A DNA stretch of 64,000 bases, taken from NCBI RefSeq assembly GCF_009914755.1, contig NC_060933.1, one strand, 5' to 3'. Position numbers and translations under genes: made by a program. The stretch is from the human T2T-CHM13v2.0 reference genome, Homo sapiens. A model generated the notes under the pieces. The model made no database searches. It was given only the letters and a program-made list of their open reading frames with translations, and had not been told where the DNA came from. Within the stretch, counting starts at the first letter, position 1. Each line of letters opens with the position of its first letter. This document shows, in pieces, positions 27,791 through 40,281 of this stretch.

Positions 27791-29149
27791 ATTTAATCAG
27801 ATACAGTATTTCAAATGTTGTCACTCTGTGGGGTTTATCACTCAACAGCAAAAAGTGCCTGCTGGAGCTGTGTCTATTGCACAGTCTTAATTCTCCTATG
27901 CCACTTATGGGATACACTATGCCCAATCCTGTATTCCCAAAGTAATTCTGTTATTAGAAATTTAAAAAGTCCTGGTACAGAATTATCAAAGTGCTTCTGC
28001 TGTGCCTCTGTGTTCCACATATAGTAACAGGTTTCTGAATCATTTCCCCGTGGACCTTGTTCTCTCATTTTTCATTATGCTTCTGAAAGTTTGTTTTCTT
28101 TATGTATCCCTTTTATTTCTTTGTACTTTAAGTCCCACAGTAGTGTGTTATTTTCATAAAGTATTTTTATTCGCATTTTATCCACTATCTTGAAATTTTT
28201 TCTCAACAATGTCCTTTATTGTATATTCAGCTGTCTGAACATCTTGCCTTGTATCTTTTTTTTTCTACATAAACCATGTTTTCTTGAATTTATCTCACAA
28301 TAAAAAGGAGATGCTATGTAAGATTCATATCTGGTTGATGCAATGAGTTTTTTTTTCCAGAAAAACCTTTTCTCTTTGTCTCTTAAATGCTCTTTTTCCA
28401 TGAATTACATATAGAAAATAATTTTAAATAAAATATGTTTCAAAAACCATGTATTAAAATAGCACATCTCTATGTCAAATGGTTGACTTACTCATGATAA
28501 GGGCACATTATTTTCTGAGAACCTAAAGTTTAACATTATTTTACTTAAACATTATTTTTCTTAAAAATATTATTTTGATTTTTTTCAACATTTTTACGTG
28601 TTATCAAGAATGGGTTCTATTTTAAAATATTTTTAACACTTATGGAAATAAAAAATCGAAATGAGAAAAAGATAGACATGTTTGTTAAAAGGAAACTTCA
28701 CTCCCAGAGACATAATTATTATTAAATGTTAAATTATGAATGATCTTTCAAATACCAATTTAACAATATATTTTTAACCATGCTATATAATTTTCCAAAA
28801 TACTTTGTTTAGAATTGAATATACAATTGACAAACTTAAATCCATCATCATCTGATGAAAGCTACAGATTTCCAAAAATGCCTCACATACAGTTTATGTG
28901 ATCTATGCTTTCATGAGTCTACTTTGTAAATAGTTGAATGAATTCATAAAGACAAAATAAAATTAATTTATTTATATTGTTTTATATCTTCAAAACCACA
29001 ACATCTGGAACAGACATGCTAAATTGTTAGCATTTTGGAAATATGTGAATTAGGTTAAGTATTTAATTACATTATTTTATATACGTTATAGACGCTTAAA
29101 ACTTCTTACATGAAAAGTAATTAAATATGTGAAAATAGCCTTTACGAAA

Positions 29150-30150
29150 ATAAAAGAGAATATTTCTCCCAAATACCTAGTGAAAAATCAGGAAGAAGAT
29201 ATACATCATAAATAACAAATAAGACCCACACAAAACTATAAGATATTGATAGAAGTGAGTCCTACCATGTATGAAAGACTTTAAATTAATCCCCCTATGA
29301 ATTTACAAATAATCTAAAGTATCTCTAAAATCAAATCCCATCAATATGTTATTTAGATAATAATACCTAAAACAAAATGACATACAAGGTAAGGATAAAA
29401 CAATGAGCAAACTTCACAGGAAAAAAAATTAAAAATATCAACATGAATTTTAGACAAAGTAAAATTCAAAAAATAATATTCAAGAAAATTAAGAACAAGC
29501 TGCATAATATATTGAGAAATGATATTATTGATAGAATTTTTATTTCAAGTATAAATATATGACAAACAATTTTCAGCAAGAATCCACCACAGGATTTTTT
29601 TTTTTTTTTAATAATTGCACTCTATTACCTAAAGAACTTAAGACTGCTCAAATTCATGTAGTACAAAAGGATCTTTTAAAATGGTAGAGATATAATTTCA
29701 TAAATAAAATAAGGCCATATAGGTCTAAATAAAACAAGGATAAGGAGGATATGAATAATTGACTCAAAAATGATTTATTAATAATAAACATTGTGTTCGG
29801 CTTGCAAAAGGGTTGATATTCTTATCATGGACCCACAGAGCATTTAGAAAATGTCATCATTTTATAAGCTGCAAAGAAACTGTCACCAAGTTCCAAAATG
29901 TACGTGTTTTGCAATAAAATATGTTATCATCTGGACACATAAATGAGACTATGGAAATACTGGTGGAATCAGCTAAACAATGAATAAATACTTACTAAAT
30001 AAAGATACAGATCATTCCTTAAAACAGTGTATTTCTTTATGAAAAACTGCTACATGCTCATATACAAAATTATGTTACATTAGTAGGTGAGAAAGTTATA
30101 AATAAGTTTTTCAAAAATGAGTGCCCAAAGAGATATTTGAAAATATCACA
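29150..30150 (+). mobile_element. Ancient L1M ORF2 5' (endonuclease) region, degenerate
   Basis: A-rich L1-like motifs (atcccatcaatatgttattta, tagacaaagtaaaattcaa, acccacagagcatttagaaaat). Confidence 0.5.
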
Positions 30151-30224
30151 CACATGGCTGAATATACATTTTAAGACTGTTTTTAATGGCAACACCAAAA
30201 TTCTAGCAAAGATTTGTTTCACTT

Positions 30225-31099
30225 ATAAATAGGTCATAACCAGCATGTGTAACAATCACAAAACCTCAGTCTCATTCAATAATAAACACTTATTTTTGCT
30301 CATGTGTCTATGGGTCAGTTGGGTTGCTCTGTTGATCTCAGCTGGACTTGGTAAGATTTATGCATAACTGATCAGTTGCAATGAGCTGTGTGGCTTTGCT
30401 AATCTTGCTGTGATCTCTTCCATGTCTGATGCCTCACTGAGAAGACTTGGTCCTTCTCCTCACTGTGGTCTTACATCTTGCAAAAGGATGTTCCAGGCTA
30501 GTTTACATATAGTACAATCATGAACACATACAAGTACATGTTCATGCAGAAGTACACAAGCCTCTTGAGGCCCAGACTTGAAACTGTCTCATCATTTCCA
30601 CCATGTAATTAGTCTGTTTTCACACTGCTATAAAGACATACCCCAAATTGGGTAATTTATAAAGAAAAGAGGTTTAATTGACTCGTAGTTCTGCATGGCT
30701 GGGGAGGCAGGCCTCAGGAAACTTACAATCATGGCAAAAGGAGAAGAGGCACCTCTTACATGGTGGCAGGCAAGAGATAGTATGTGAAAGCAGAGAAAAT
30801 GCTATAATTTATAAAACCATCAGATGTTGTGAGAATTCGCTCACTATCAGGAGAACTTCAAGGGGGAATCCGCCCCTATAATCCAATCATTTTTCTCCGG
30901 TCACACTTGGGGATTACAATTCAAGATGAGATTTGGGTGGGGACACAAAGTCTAATCATGTCACACCACATTCCCTTGGACAAAGCCAGGCACAGGATGA
31001 ATTCACTCACAACTGGTGAGCACTACAAAGTTATAGGGAAAAGGGAGAGGATTAAACAAAGGAATAAACTGAGACCACTAGAGTAATTATTCTACCACA
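30225..31099 (-). mobile_element. MLT1G/H-like LTR, split by THE1D
   Basis: aaacctcagtctcattcaataataaacacttattt...gggtcagttggg; aagcctcttgaggcccagacttgaaactg; ends tctaccaca. Confidence 0.8.
30604..30963 (-). mobile_element. THE1D-like MaLR solo LTR
   Basis: tgtaattagtctgttttcacactgctataaag...gatgagatttgggtggggacaca...tca. Perfect 5-bp TSD cacca (30599-30603, 30964-30968). Confidence 0.93.
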
Positions 31100-31443
31100 C
31101 TTACTAAATATAACATTTATTCATGTATTCATTTATATTTTCTACATGGGCAATTAATGCCATATTAAAAATATAGTTCTATTTATTACTTTTCTGATCC
31201 ATATACCTTTTATTTATTTTTTGTGCCTAATTACACTGGCTAGGAACAGGAATAAAATTTTCTCCTTTAGCTTTCTTATCATTCCAACATTATCTATGTT
31301 TGCTCTAAAATTTAATTAGATAACTTTTATAGAACATTTTCTTCTATTGGTAGCTAACAATTGAATTTTATCAAATTATTTTATTTCTATTGAAATTGCC
31401 ATATAATTTTTCTTCTTTCCACTGTTAATATGACAAATTACAT

Positions 31444-32041
31444 TGAAAGTGTTTCACACCCGACTTGATGGCTGAGCAGGAAGGGTTGACTCAGGAGGTA
31501 TGAGGTGTTCAAATGCTTTCATTTCAACGAAAGTTCTGGCCCTAGACTAGCTTCTGAAATATTCTGCCTGCTAAAATTGTCTTTGCTTATCTGAGGCCTT
31601 GAGTCATACCAGATAGTTGTGCTAACAGTGTGATTTATGGTGGGGGCCATGGGCCAAACAATACCAGTTTGATCTGCTGTTGTGAGACTGGACACTGAGT
31701 AATTAAAGTCAGTAATGTGGGCACTACATGCCTAAGTGACTGACACTTGATGGAATCCTGAACACTATGGCTCAGGGAACTTCCCTGATTGGCAATAATC
31801 CATATATGTTGTCACACTTTGTCACTGGAAGATTAAGCACATTCTGTATGACTTCACCATGAAAGGAAAACTGGAAGCTTATGACTAGTCTCTCCTGGAT
31901 TCTGCCCTATGCACCTCTTTCCTTTGTTGATTTAAATCTGTGTCTTTTTGCTGAAATAAACCATAAAAGTCAACATAACAGTTTTTTGAGTTATAAAATT
32001 ATCTCTAAAAAATTATAGTATTCTTGGAGATCTCTGAAACA
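31444..32041 (+). mobile_element. MER77-like (ERVL) solo LTR
   Basis: aatattctgcctgctaaaattgtctttgc, gctaacagtgtgatttatggtgggggcc, ctggaagctt, aataaaccataa. Confidence 0.8.
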
Positions 32042-32044
32042 TTC

Positions 32045-33120
32045 ATGATGTATTACCCTTTTTATAGGTTACTGATTCTGAGTTGCTAATCTGTTTAGCA
32101 ATTTTATATTTAATTCCAATAGAGAGTTTGGCCCTTGATTTTCCTTTTTGTAATGTAGTGTCAAGTTTTGTTTTACTTACATTTGTGTCTTATGAAATTA
32201 GTAGTAAAATATTTATTCTTTGCACTATCTGAAAGAATGTGTATAATATTGGTATTATTTTTGCCTTAAATGATTCTTAGAATTTAAAATTTCTAACTTG
32301 GGAAGCCATTTTAACATGGATTTTTTTAATAAAGATTTATTGTTATGTATTTTATTTAATAAACTCAAATTTTCTATATTTTATTAGTTTTGATAAATTG
32401 TGCTGGTCAAGAAATTTATCTAAATTTTATCTAAATTTTTAAATTTATTAATACAAAGATTTTATATTTCCTCAGGATTTAATGCTTCTAAAATCCTTAA
32501 TAATATCACTTGTTTATTTCTGACGTTGGTTATCTGTGTCACAGTTTATACTTGATTACTCTTAACTTAGTTTTATCATGTTAGTAAATTTTTTATGGAT
32601 TCAACTTTTGACTTTGTTTTCTCTATTGTACATTTTTATTTAATTGTTAATTTCTGCTCATTTATGATTTTCTTCCTCTTAATTTCGTTTAGTTTACAAT
32701 TTATTATTCAACATGTTGATATAAATATTTAAATACTTTATATTTAGGTTTTTTGGTTTTACAACTGAATATTTAAAACTCCAACTTTCTGTTTAAGAAT
32801 AACTTTGTTTCCTGATGGTGTAGATATTCATATCAGCAATTAATATTATATTTTATTTAAAGTATAACTAAATGGTAGCATTTAGATATGTATTGCTTAA
32901 TTTGAAAATTCAATGGAAATTTTCTATTTTTATTTTGATTTTGATTTCTTGATGAATTTTACCATAGTCAACGAACCCAATACATATAGTTTTAATCCAT
33001 TTTTATTGGTAAAGATTTGTTTTATGATTTCAAATATGGTCAAATTTGTAAATTATCCTTATTTTGCAATCAGTTTTGAAAAAAATTTTTTTTGGTGTAA
33101 AATTTTGAAAATTACGTACA
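32045..33120 (-). mobile_element. Ancient L1M ORF2 antisense fragment, also at ~31170-31443
   Basis: T-rich L1 antisense motifs (ttgctaatctgtttagcaattttatattt, gtcaagttttg, aatattggtattattttt). Confidence 0.6.
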
Positions 33121-33609
33121 CTTGACTGCATTTCAGGGCAAAGTTGATGATTTGGATTTCAACGATTCAGGTCGCATTCTCACATAAAATTTACAGAGAG
33201 GCAATAGTTAGTTCTATGCTCCAATTTACTTATTTTTTCTTTTGTTATTAAATACAGGGTTTCTCTCTCACAATGTTAGTACTTTCAAAGCTCATTTGCT
33301 ACAATTTTCTCGAAGTTTTTCTACAATGTAATGTCAGATTTTATATTTTAGTAAATGCGCACAAACATCTACACATTTTGTTTTCAAATTTTCCAACTTT
33401 AAAACTCCCTCCTTAAAGTTGCTCTCTTCACTGTGACTTTGAAATCCACAAAGGATAGCTCCAATTTTACCCACAGAAGTAGATAGCTATTTAATAAAGC
33501 TATATATAACCTCATGGATGCATCTTCAATAATAATCAGTCAGTGACTACTTTTCATTTTTAGTCACATATTCTTTGTTCAAGATTGGTGACAATAAGGC
33601 ACCATATAT

Positions 33610-33850
33610 TAATTCAACTGGTTCATCAAATATTTTTGAGCATACACTATTAGTTACATTTGTAGGATACTAAATTATGCAAGAAAGATAACATCTGTAG
33701 CTTAACAGATTTTATGTTCGGTTGGTGGAAATGGATAATCAAGCCATTTCAATGAAAGAGTATAAATGTGATGCTTTGATAAATATAAAGTAAGTATAAC
33801 ATGTTTGGAAAGATGAGCTGTACAGAGAATGTTCAAATCTATGAGGAGGT
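33610..33850 (-). mobile_element. L2c-like 3' end
   Basis: ttcatcaaatatttttgagcatacactat. Confidence 0.55.
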
Positions 33851-36209
33851 TTCAAGCAGAACAAACAGCATGTTATTAGTGCTACAGACAGAAGCAGCAC
33901 ATCAAGTTGGAGAATAAGTTTTGCAGATTTTTTTGAATTTTGGCAGATAGATAAAACTGGAGATAAAATACAGTACATTATATTGCTTGTGCTGTAGATA
34001 ATATAGGCAGTAAGTAACTCTATTCTTACTGATAACTTACTGTGTGTTTTCAGTGAAAATTGAATTCTTAAATTTACTCCCATTTTCTGTTCATTTTAGA
34101 AAGAGTTGATCAAAGAAAAAATGATTTCCTTTGATTTGTACCTGAAACATGTATTTAGGAGAAAATCTTTTCATAACAGATGTACTGTATAAAAATATCA
34201 GGATGCACTGAAATCACTCATATCCTTCCTTTTATGACATGATTGCACAGTTAATTATATACATCCTAAACATGTAAAGAAAAGAGAACAGATGGCAAAG
34301 CCTTAGTTTAAAAAGAGATAAGTCCGTGAAAATAACTTTATTCATCATATCTTGAATTACTTTGCTCAAATTATTTTGTTCTATGGATCAGAAAATGATA
34401 CTTCTATTGAAGAAAAAGGAGAATTTAAGAGCATAATCCTGATATCAAAGTCACTGAAGTGTCCCAACAAATGTTACATCACTGCTATTGCTGGTGAAGA
34501 ATACACAGAAGGAAATATTTCTTAAATGTCCGTAATGAACAAAACTTTGCCGGAAAGAATATAATAAACTTCTGAGTTAAGAAGACAGCTATTTGTAATT
34601 TTAGAATACTTTGTAACCCACATATTATATAAATGAAATTATAGACCCAACAAACACTCACTATAATAGGCCATTGAAGAGAGATGGGCTTTGAGGAGAG
34701 ATCCATTCCTCCCTTAAAATAAATACATATATTTCCTACACAAAAAAATAGCTTATTTTCTAGGCTTTTATAATTCAATGAAAGCATACTTGTAACCATC
34801 TATTTGCTCATGTGGAGATCTGGTGGCATTTTATTACCTCTTCCTCACTATCTGGCCATGGATTCAATTTTCCAATCACATTAACTTTTTCTAAAAGCAG
34901 TCCCTAACCTGTTTTCTTGAATCCATTCTTACCAACATACAATTTATTCTCTTCATAGTTTCTGGGGGATCTTTTTAAAATGTTAATCAGACTTTGCAAA
35001 ATCTGTGGTTAAAACTTTTTAATGGTTTGCTATTTCCTTTAGGAAAAACCCAAATCTTACAAATCCTTACATCTTTTAGCATCTGTCTTATTCTACCACT
35101 ACTTCTGGTATTTTAGGTTCAGTTCATTAGCAACATAGGATATAAAGAGTCAATGCAAAAAATTTAGCATCAAAGTATCAAATTTAAGCATCTAAGCTTA
35201 GTCAGGGTAGTTGTAGGGATTCAGTAAAAAGTACATCTTTTACTCTAAATGCACATTTTAATATGAAATCTATAAATTAGGTCTCTTTAATAACAGTAGA
35301 TGATTTGATTTTTGTTAACAAGAGATATCATAGTTATATATTTTCTGATCTTTTAAATTTATAAGGGACAAGGATTATGTCTGTTTTGCACACCATTCTT
35401 GTTAGATGCTCCGGCTTCTGCCTGTCAAAATACTTGGTAGAGTGATTAAATATCAGGAATGAAGGAATCATATGATTAAGCATAGAACGGAGCCCAAGTA
35501 TTGTTTCAGTTATGTTTTCTTTCAGGACAGGATGTTAGCACAATCCATTGATTGTTTAAGGGCTATATTGATTCCATTTCTTAGACTTAAGACTAGCTGG
35601 AATCCGTGGTAGACTCCTTTTCTCCACTACAGTAAATTGAATCTTTCATATTTCCTTCTCTTAAAAAAATTACCACCTCAATTAGCACTTACTTTACGAG
35701 CATCCCTGCTATATGTAACACACAGTGGTTGCTAGATTTGTGCTAAGGAGAACCATGGCAGAAAGCTATTGTATGAGTTATCCTGATCTTTCAGGCAGCT
35801 CCTAACCCCTGTGCTCCATATTTATAAGAGATGCCAGCCCTGCTGTAAAAGGATGATCAGATATGAAGGCAGGCCATTCCTTCTGTCTTGTATAATGTTG
35901 CCTTTATTATGAAATGGAAACTTAAAAACATATTAAAGGAAGGAACACAGTAGTCATGACATTTATTGTTGTGATACATTCTGTACCACATCTTACAGAT
36001 GACCACCAAACTTTTACACTTCTTAACAGCCCTATTTTATCTTTGATACGTTTTTCTTAGTCCAGGTGGGTAGCTTCATTAGCCTCCCTGCCTGCTGCAT
36101 GCCTACACACCACAGAGCTGGATGTGTTTGATTCTCTACTGTTGTAGAGCATATAAAGGCAGAGGAAGGGAAACCTACTGGACCTCTATAGAAATTTACT
36201 ATGGCTACA

Positions 36210-36274
36210 CTGAGAGAAGCAGCAAAGTCTCTGCAGCCTCCCTCAGGATTGAAAAGGTATCTTAGAGGACAGCT
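36210..36274 (+). repeat. 65-bp dispersed direct repeat, copy 1
   Basis: Identical to 37752-37816. Confidence 0.97.
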
Positions 36275-36587
36275 GGCAGCTATTCCTTCCCAATGGAATC
36301 AGTTTTTTTCCCCCACTGTGAAGGCAGGAGGCAATCACCACAAAATTTATTCGTGAATTTTGTGAAATACAAAACTACTTGAATCTTAATCATTCTGGGA
36401 GATGAAGGAGTATTTCCAGGATCAATCCCAAAATGGGCATCAGTTTCTGGACCCTCAGCCCCATTATGTTAGTTCTCCTTTGATCTGGGTCTCAGATTAC
36501 ACAGGTTTGTTACTGATTAGCTATTTATAATGAGCCTTGTTGCTGCTTGCCTTTTTATCTGAGTCCAAAGCCATTGAAAGAAACTTC

Positions 36588-36677
36588 ATATGTATATATA
36601 CATATATATATGTGTATATATACATATACACATACACATATATATATACACACACACACACATATATATATATATAT
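36588..36677. repeat. (TA)/(CA) compound microsatellite
   Basis: Seen directly in the sequence. Confidence 0.95.
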
Positions 36678-37751
36678 TTTTTTTTCCCATTTTCCCTTTG
36701 GAAAGAAACAGTGTTCTTGGCAGGACTGGCAGGGTCTTGTCCCAAAGGGTCTTCAGCAATCCACTGGCCTAAAATTTAATTTCAGCTTCATGGTGCCTTT
36801 ATCCAGTCCTTCTATATAACTGAAGTTCTATTTGCAAATATAAATCTGTTTAGGTGTCTAGGTTTTTGAGTTCTTCAGTCTCCTCCACTTCTTTGATAGG
36901 GCTGAACTGAGCAGGCTTGAGCACTCAATGTGTGAAATAGTTGGGAAAGACAAGGCCAGCCAGGAGGGGCTTTTTGCAATGGACCTAACAAGATTTGGAA
37001 TTGACCCTAAAGTGTGATTGGAGAGTGGTTATGCTGATGTAAATATGCTGGATGGTGGATGACAGGCCAGTGAATCACTGGCATTAAAGGATGGGCCCTT
37101 ATTAGTGGAATATTTATGCCCTGAGAGAAGGTATGGTTAAGTAAAGAGGTGGAAACCAGAGCCATACAGAGGTCTGACAGCAAGAGGATTTCAGGATCTG
37201 AGTGTGTTCTGGTGGAAGAGAGGAAAATGTGTTATTGGTGTGAAAAAAAAAAAAAAGCCCCTTGGAAACATGGACTTCCGTAGCAAACTGTGCCCTGCAG
37301 GAAGAGAGGTGCCCAGAGGTAAAGGAGAGAGCAAGGAAAGTGACAGAGTGGTCAGGCCAGAGGCAACAAATCCTCAGATGACAAAGAGGAGTCCAGAATT
37401 GAGAGTAATAAAAGGGGAAAATGGAAGGAGTCAGGGCCTAATGGATGAGAGGATACATAGCAAAGACGAAACAGCTGGTGGAGGGACAAACATAAGATTA
37501 ATAAGCAATGAAAAAAGCTGTGTGACAAGGAGTATCAAGCAGAGGATATGGAGGTTTGAGTGGAAAAAGTGAGATGGAAATGTGGGGCTGATGTTAGAGT
37601 GGCTTCTGGTGGTAGGCATAAGACCAGAGATGAAGGCAGATGTTATAATGTAAATGTGGAGACCATTGTGCAATAAAGTTAAAATGAGAAAAATGGAAAA
37701 CATGAGGGAGCAGAAGACAGCCAATATGTGGTGCAGTGAGGGACAATGGAC

Positions 37752-37816
37752 CTGAGAGAAGCAGCAAAGTCTCTGCAGCCTCCCTCAGGATTGAAAAGGT
37801 ATCTTAGAGGACAGCT
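37752..37816 (+). repeat. 65-bp dispersed direct repeat, copy 2, followed by a fold-back tail
   Basis: Identical to 36210-36274, then aaggataccttt. Confidence 0.97.
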
Positions 37817-39171
37817 AAGGATACCTTTCTTGGCATCACCTGCCAAGAAATTGTCAAACAGTATAGTTTTTTTGAGAAGGCTTCCTCACAGGGCCAAGTA
37901 ATTGGGTCTCTATGGGAAACAGTGAGCAGACAAAGACAAGTTCTAGAATGGTCTCAGATACAGGGGCTACTAAGTGGTCTCTCATAAAGTCTGGAAATAG
38001 GATGAAGACCAGAGTTTGACATGATATGTCATGAAAGTTCTAGATGCAAAGGAAACACAGCAGCATTAACATCTTTCCTGGGGTCCTTCTACAGCTGATG
38101 ATGATCTATGGCAATTGGAAATGCACATAGCTCACAGCAGGTGTCTCAACAATGTCTGGCATTTCCAAGGTGCTTCTACATGGAATTTCAAAAGACAAAA
38201 TGTTGCAGCTACAGCAAGAAGTATAAGGAAGCAGGGGAACGGCCTGGTGGGCCTGGTAGGGCTCTGTGCACCTGATGCATAATGTCTAAACATAGTATGT
38301 GCATCTCTGACTTTACAATATATATTTTACCCTAATTCTATGGTTTTCTTAAACTTTAGACATTCTTTTCCTGTATTGTCCTCTTTCTCTTATCCACCCT
38401 AGACTGCTATGCGACCCTGGAATAGCACAGCCTGTGCTCAAAAGGGTAAAGAAGAAAGAAGGAAGAGAGGTGAATTACCTTTTCTAAGAATAGGCATGCA
38501 CTTTGTCAGTCATCACAGCTCCTCCCTAGTAAGCTTTCCAAGCTGGGAAACAAGGAAACTGGGTTACGTGTAATAAAGATAGCAGTCAAAATATTTTTGA
38601 TGGAGCTGCATATAATAGCTTTTTGGGGAGGTGTTTTGGGGTTTTACACCCAGAAAACTCCAAGAATGAGTATGAAGTGTAGATTAGTCAATGGGAATAA
38701 TGGGAAGACTCACACATGTATAACACTTAATCATTTATCAATAATTTTATGTAAATTGTCTAATTTGTTCCCCACAAATATCACGTGAATTAAGCGGAAC
38801 AAGTGTTATTTCAAAGAATGAATCTCAGGTTTAGCACAATGTAATAGCCTGAACTATAAACTACTTGCTCACAACAGAGCCCAGAATCCCTGAATCCAAA
38901 AACTACCATTATTGCACCCAATCACACACATTCCCCATCTCCAGTTCATTCTTTCATTGCAGAGGATGGGAAGGCCAGGAATGTAAGCAGTGTCCCAGGT
39001 TCTAATGACTCTCTCATCATCTTTCCTCCACTGATCAGCAACTCTGTAGTCCTTCAAAGGGTGAATTCTTCCTGAGAATGTTTGCTAAATGGTTGATTTA
39101 TACCCCAAATCTCTGCTCTTAATTTCAGTTCCCCCATATAGTATCTTCTTTTGGCATACCTCAACTTAGGT

Positions 39172-39410
39172 CAGAGTTTTTCTATACCATAATTATTGAC
39201 ACTTCGGGGCTGATAATTTTGGGAAGCGGGGCAGGGCTGTTCTTTTGTGGATTGTAGTATTATACCATCATGCCTGGCTTCCAGCTACTAGGGAATAGTA
39301 GGGTCTGCCCCTCCTCTACCATGACAGTCAACGGAAAGACCCCAAGACAATGTCAAATATTCTGCATTAGGCATACAAAAGTGGAACTCTCAATTGTAGA
39401 ACTTGTAGTA
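39172..39410 (-). mobile_element. MER20 hAT relic
   Basis: tattgacacttcggggctgataatt...gggctgttcttttgtggattgtag...agacaatgtcaaatattc. Confidence 0.75.
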
Positions 39411-39990
39411 CTTACACTTTCCATAACTGCACTTTCCATAATTTATTTCCAGTATTTCTCACTGATGATTATTTGAGAATATTAGGGAAAATATGAATCA
39501 TCTCTGAACTGTGAAGAGAAAGAGAGTTAGGAGTTGGGGCCTTTTTATATCAATACAATAACTGGCATTATTATGATTTGGTTAGCTGATAAAATATATT
39601 TCAGCAGTCTGTCAAAATGCATGATTACTTCATTACTATTTAAAATATAATTACACCACAGTCTTGAAAAGAAAACTACTGAATTTTTTTTCTGGTAGAA
39701 AAAATTAATTAGCTTTGCTATTAAAATTTTATAGCATTTTTCTAAAATTATTACTAATTAGAAAGAGCCTGGATTTATAGTACTGAGTTACTTCAATATA
39801 TTTATATGGAATTTAAACTTATTAGACAAATTGAGGAAATTTTTACTTTCTTCCAAAATGTTCTGTTCTAGGGTCTTTGTTGGCTACAACATGACGTCAC
39901 TTGACTTTCAACTCTGAATTTTAAAGAAATATGGTTATATTATTTAAGTTGCACCATTCATTTTTATTAAATGTGTTGTATTCCTTATGA

Positions 39991-40281
<291 letters not shown>

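Noticed and set aside
34090-34195. Acceptor-like ttcattttag followed by KELIKEKMISFDLYLKH...
   Set aside because: No convincing donor, no recognisable protein, and an early stop.
36521-36819. Overlapping ORFs rich in Y/I/H/T
   Set aside because: Translations of a TA/CA microsatellite.
37204-37572. 122-aa K/R/E/G-rich ORF
   Set aside because: Non-ATG start, purine-skew artefact containing an A14 run, and no domain.
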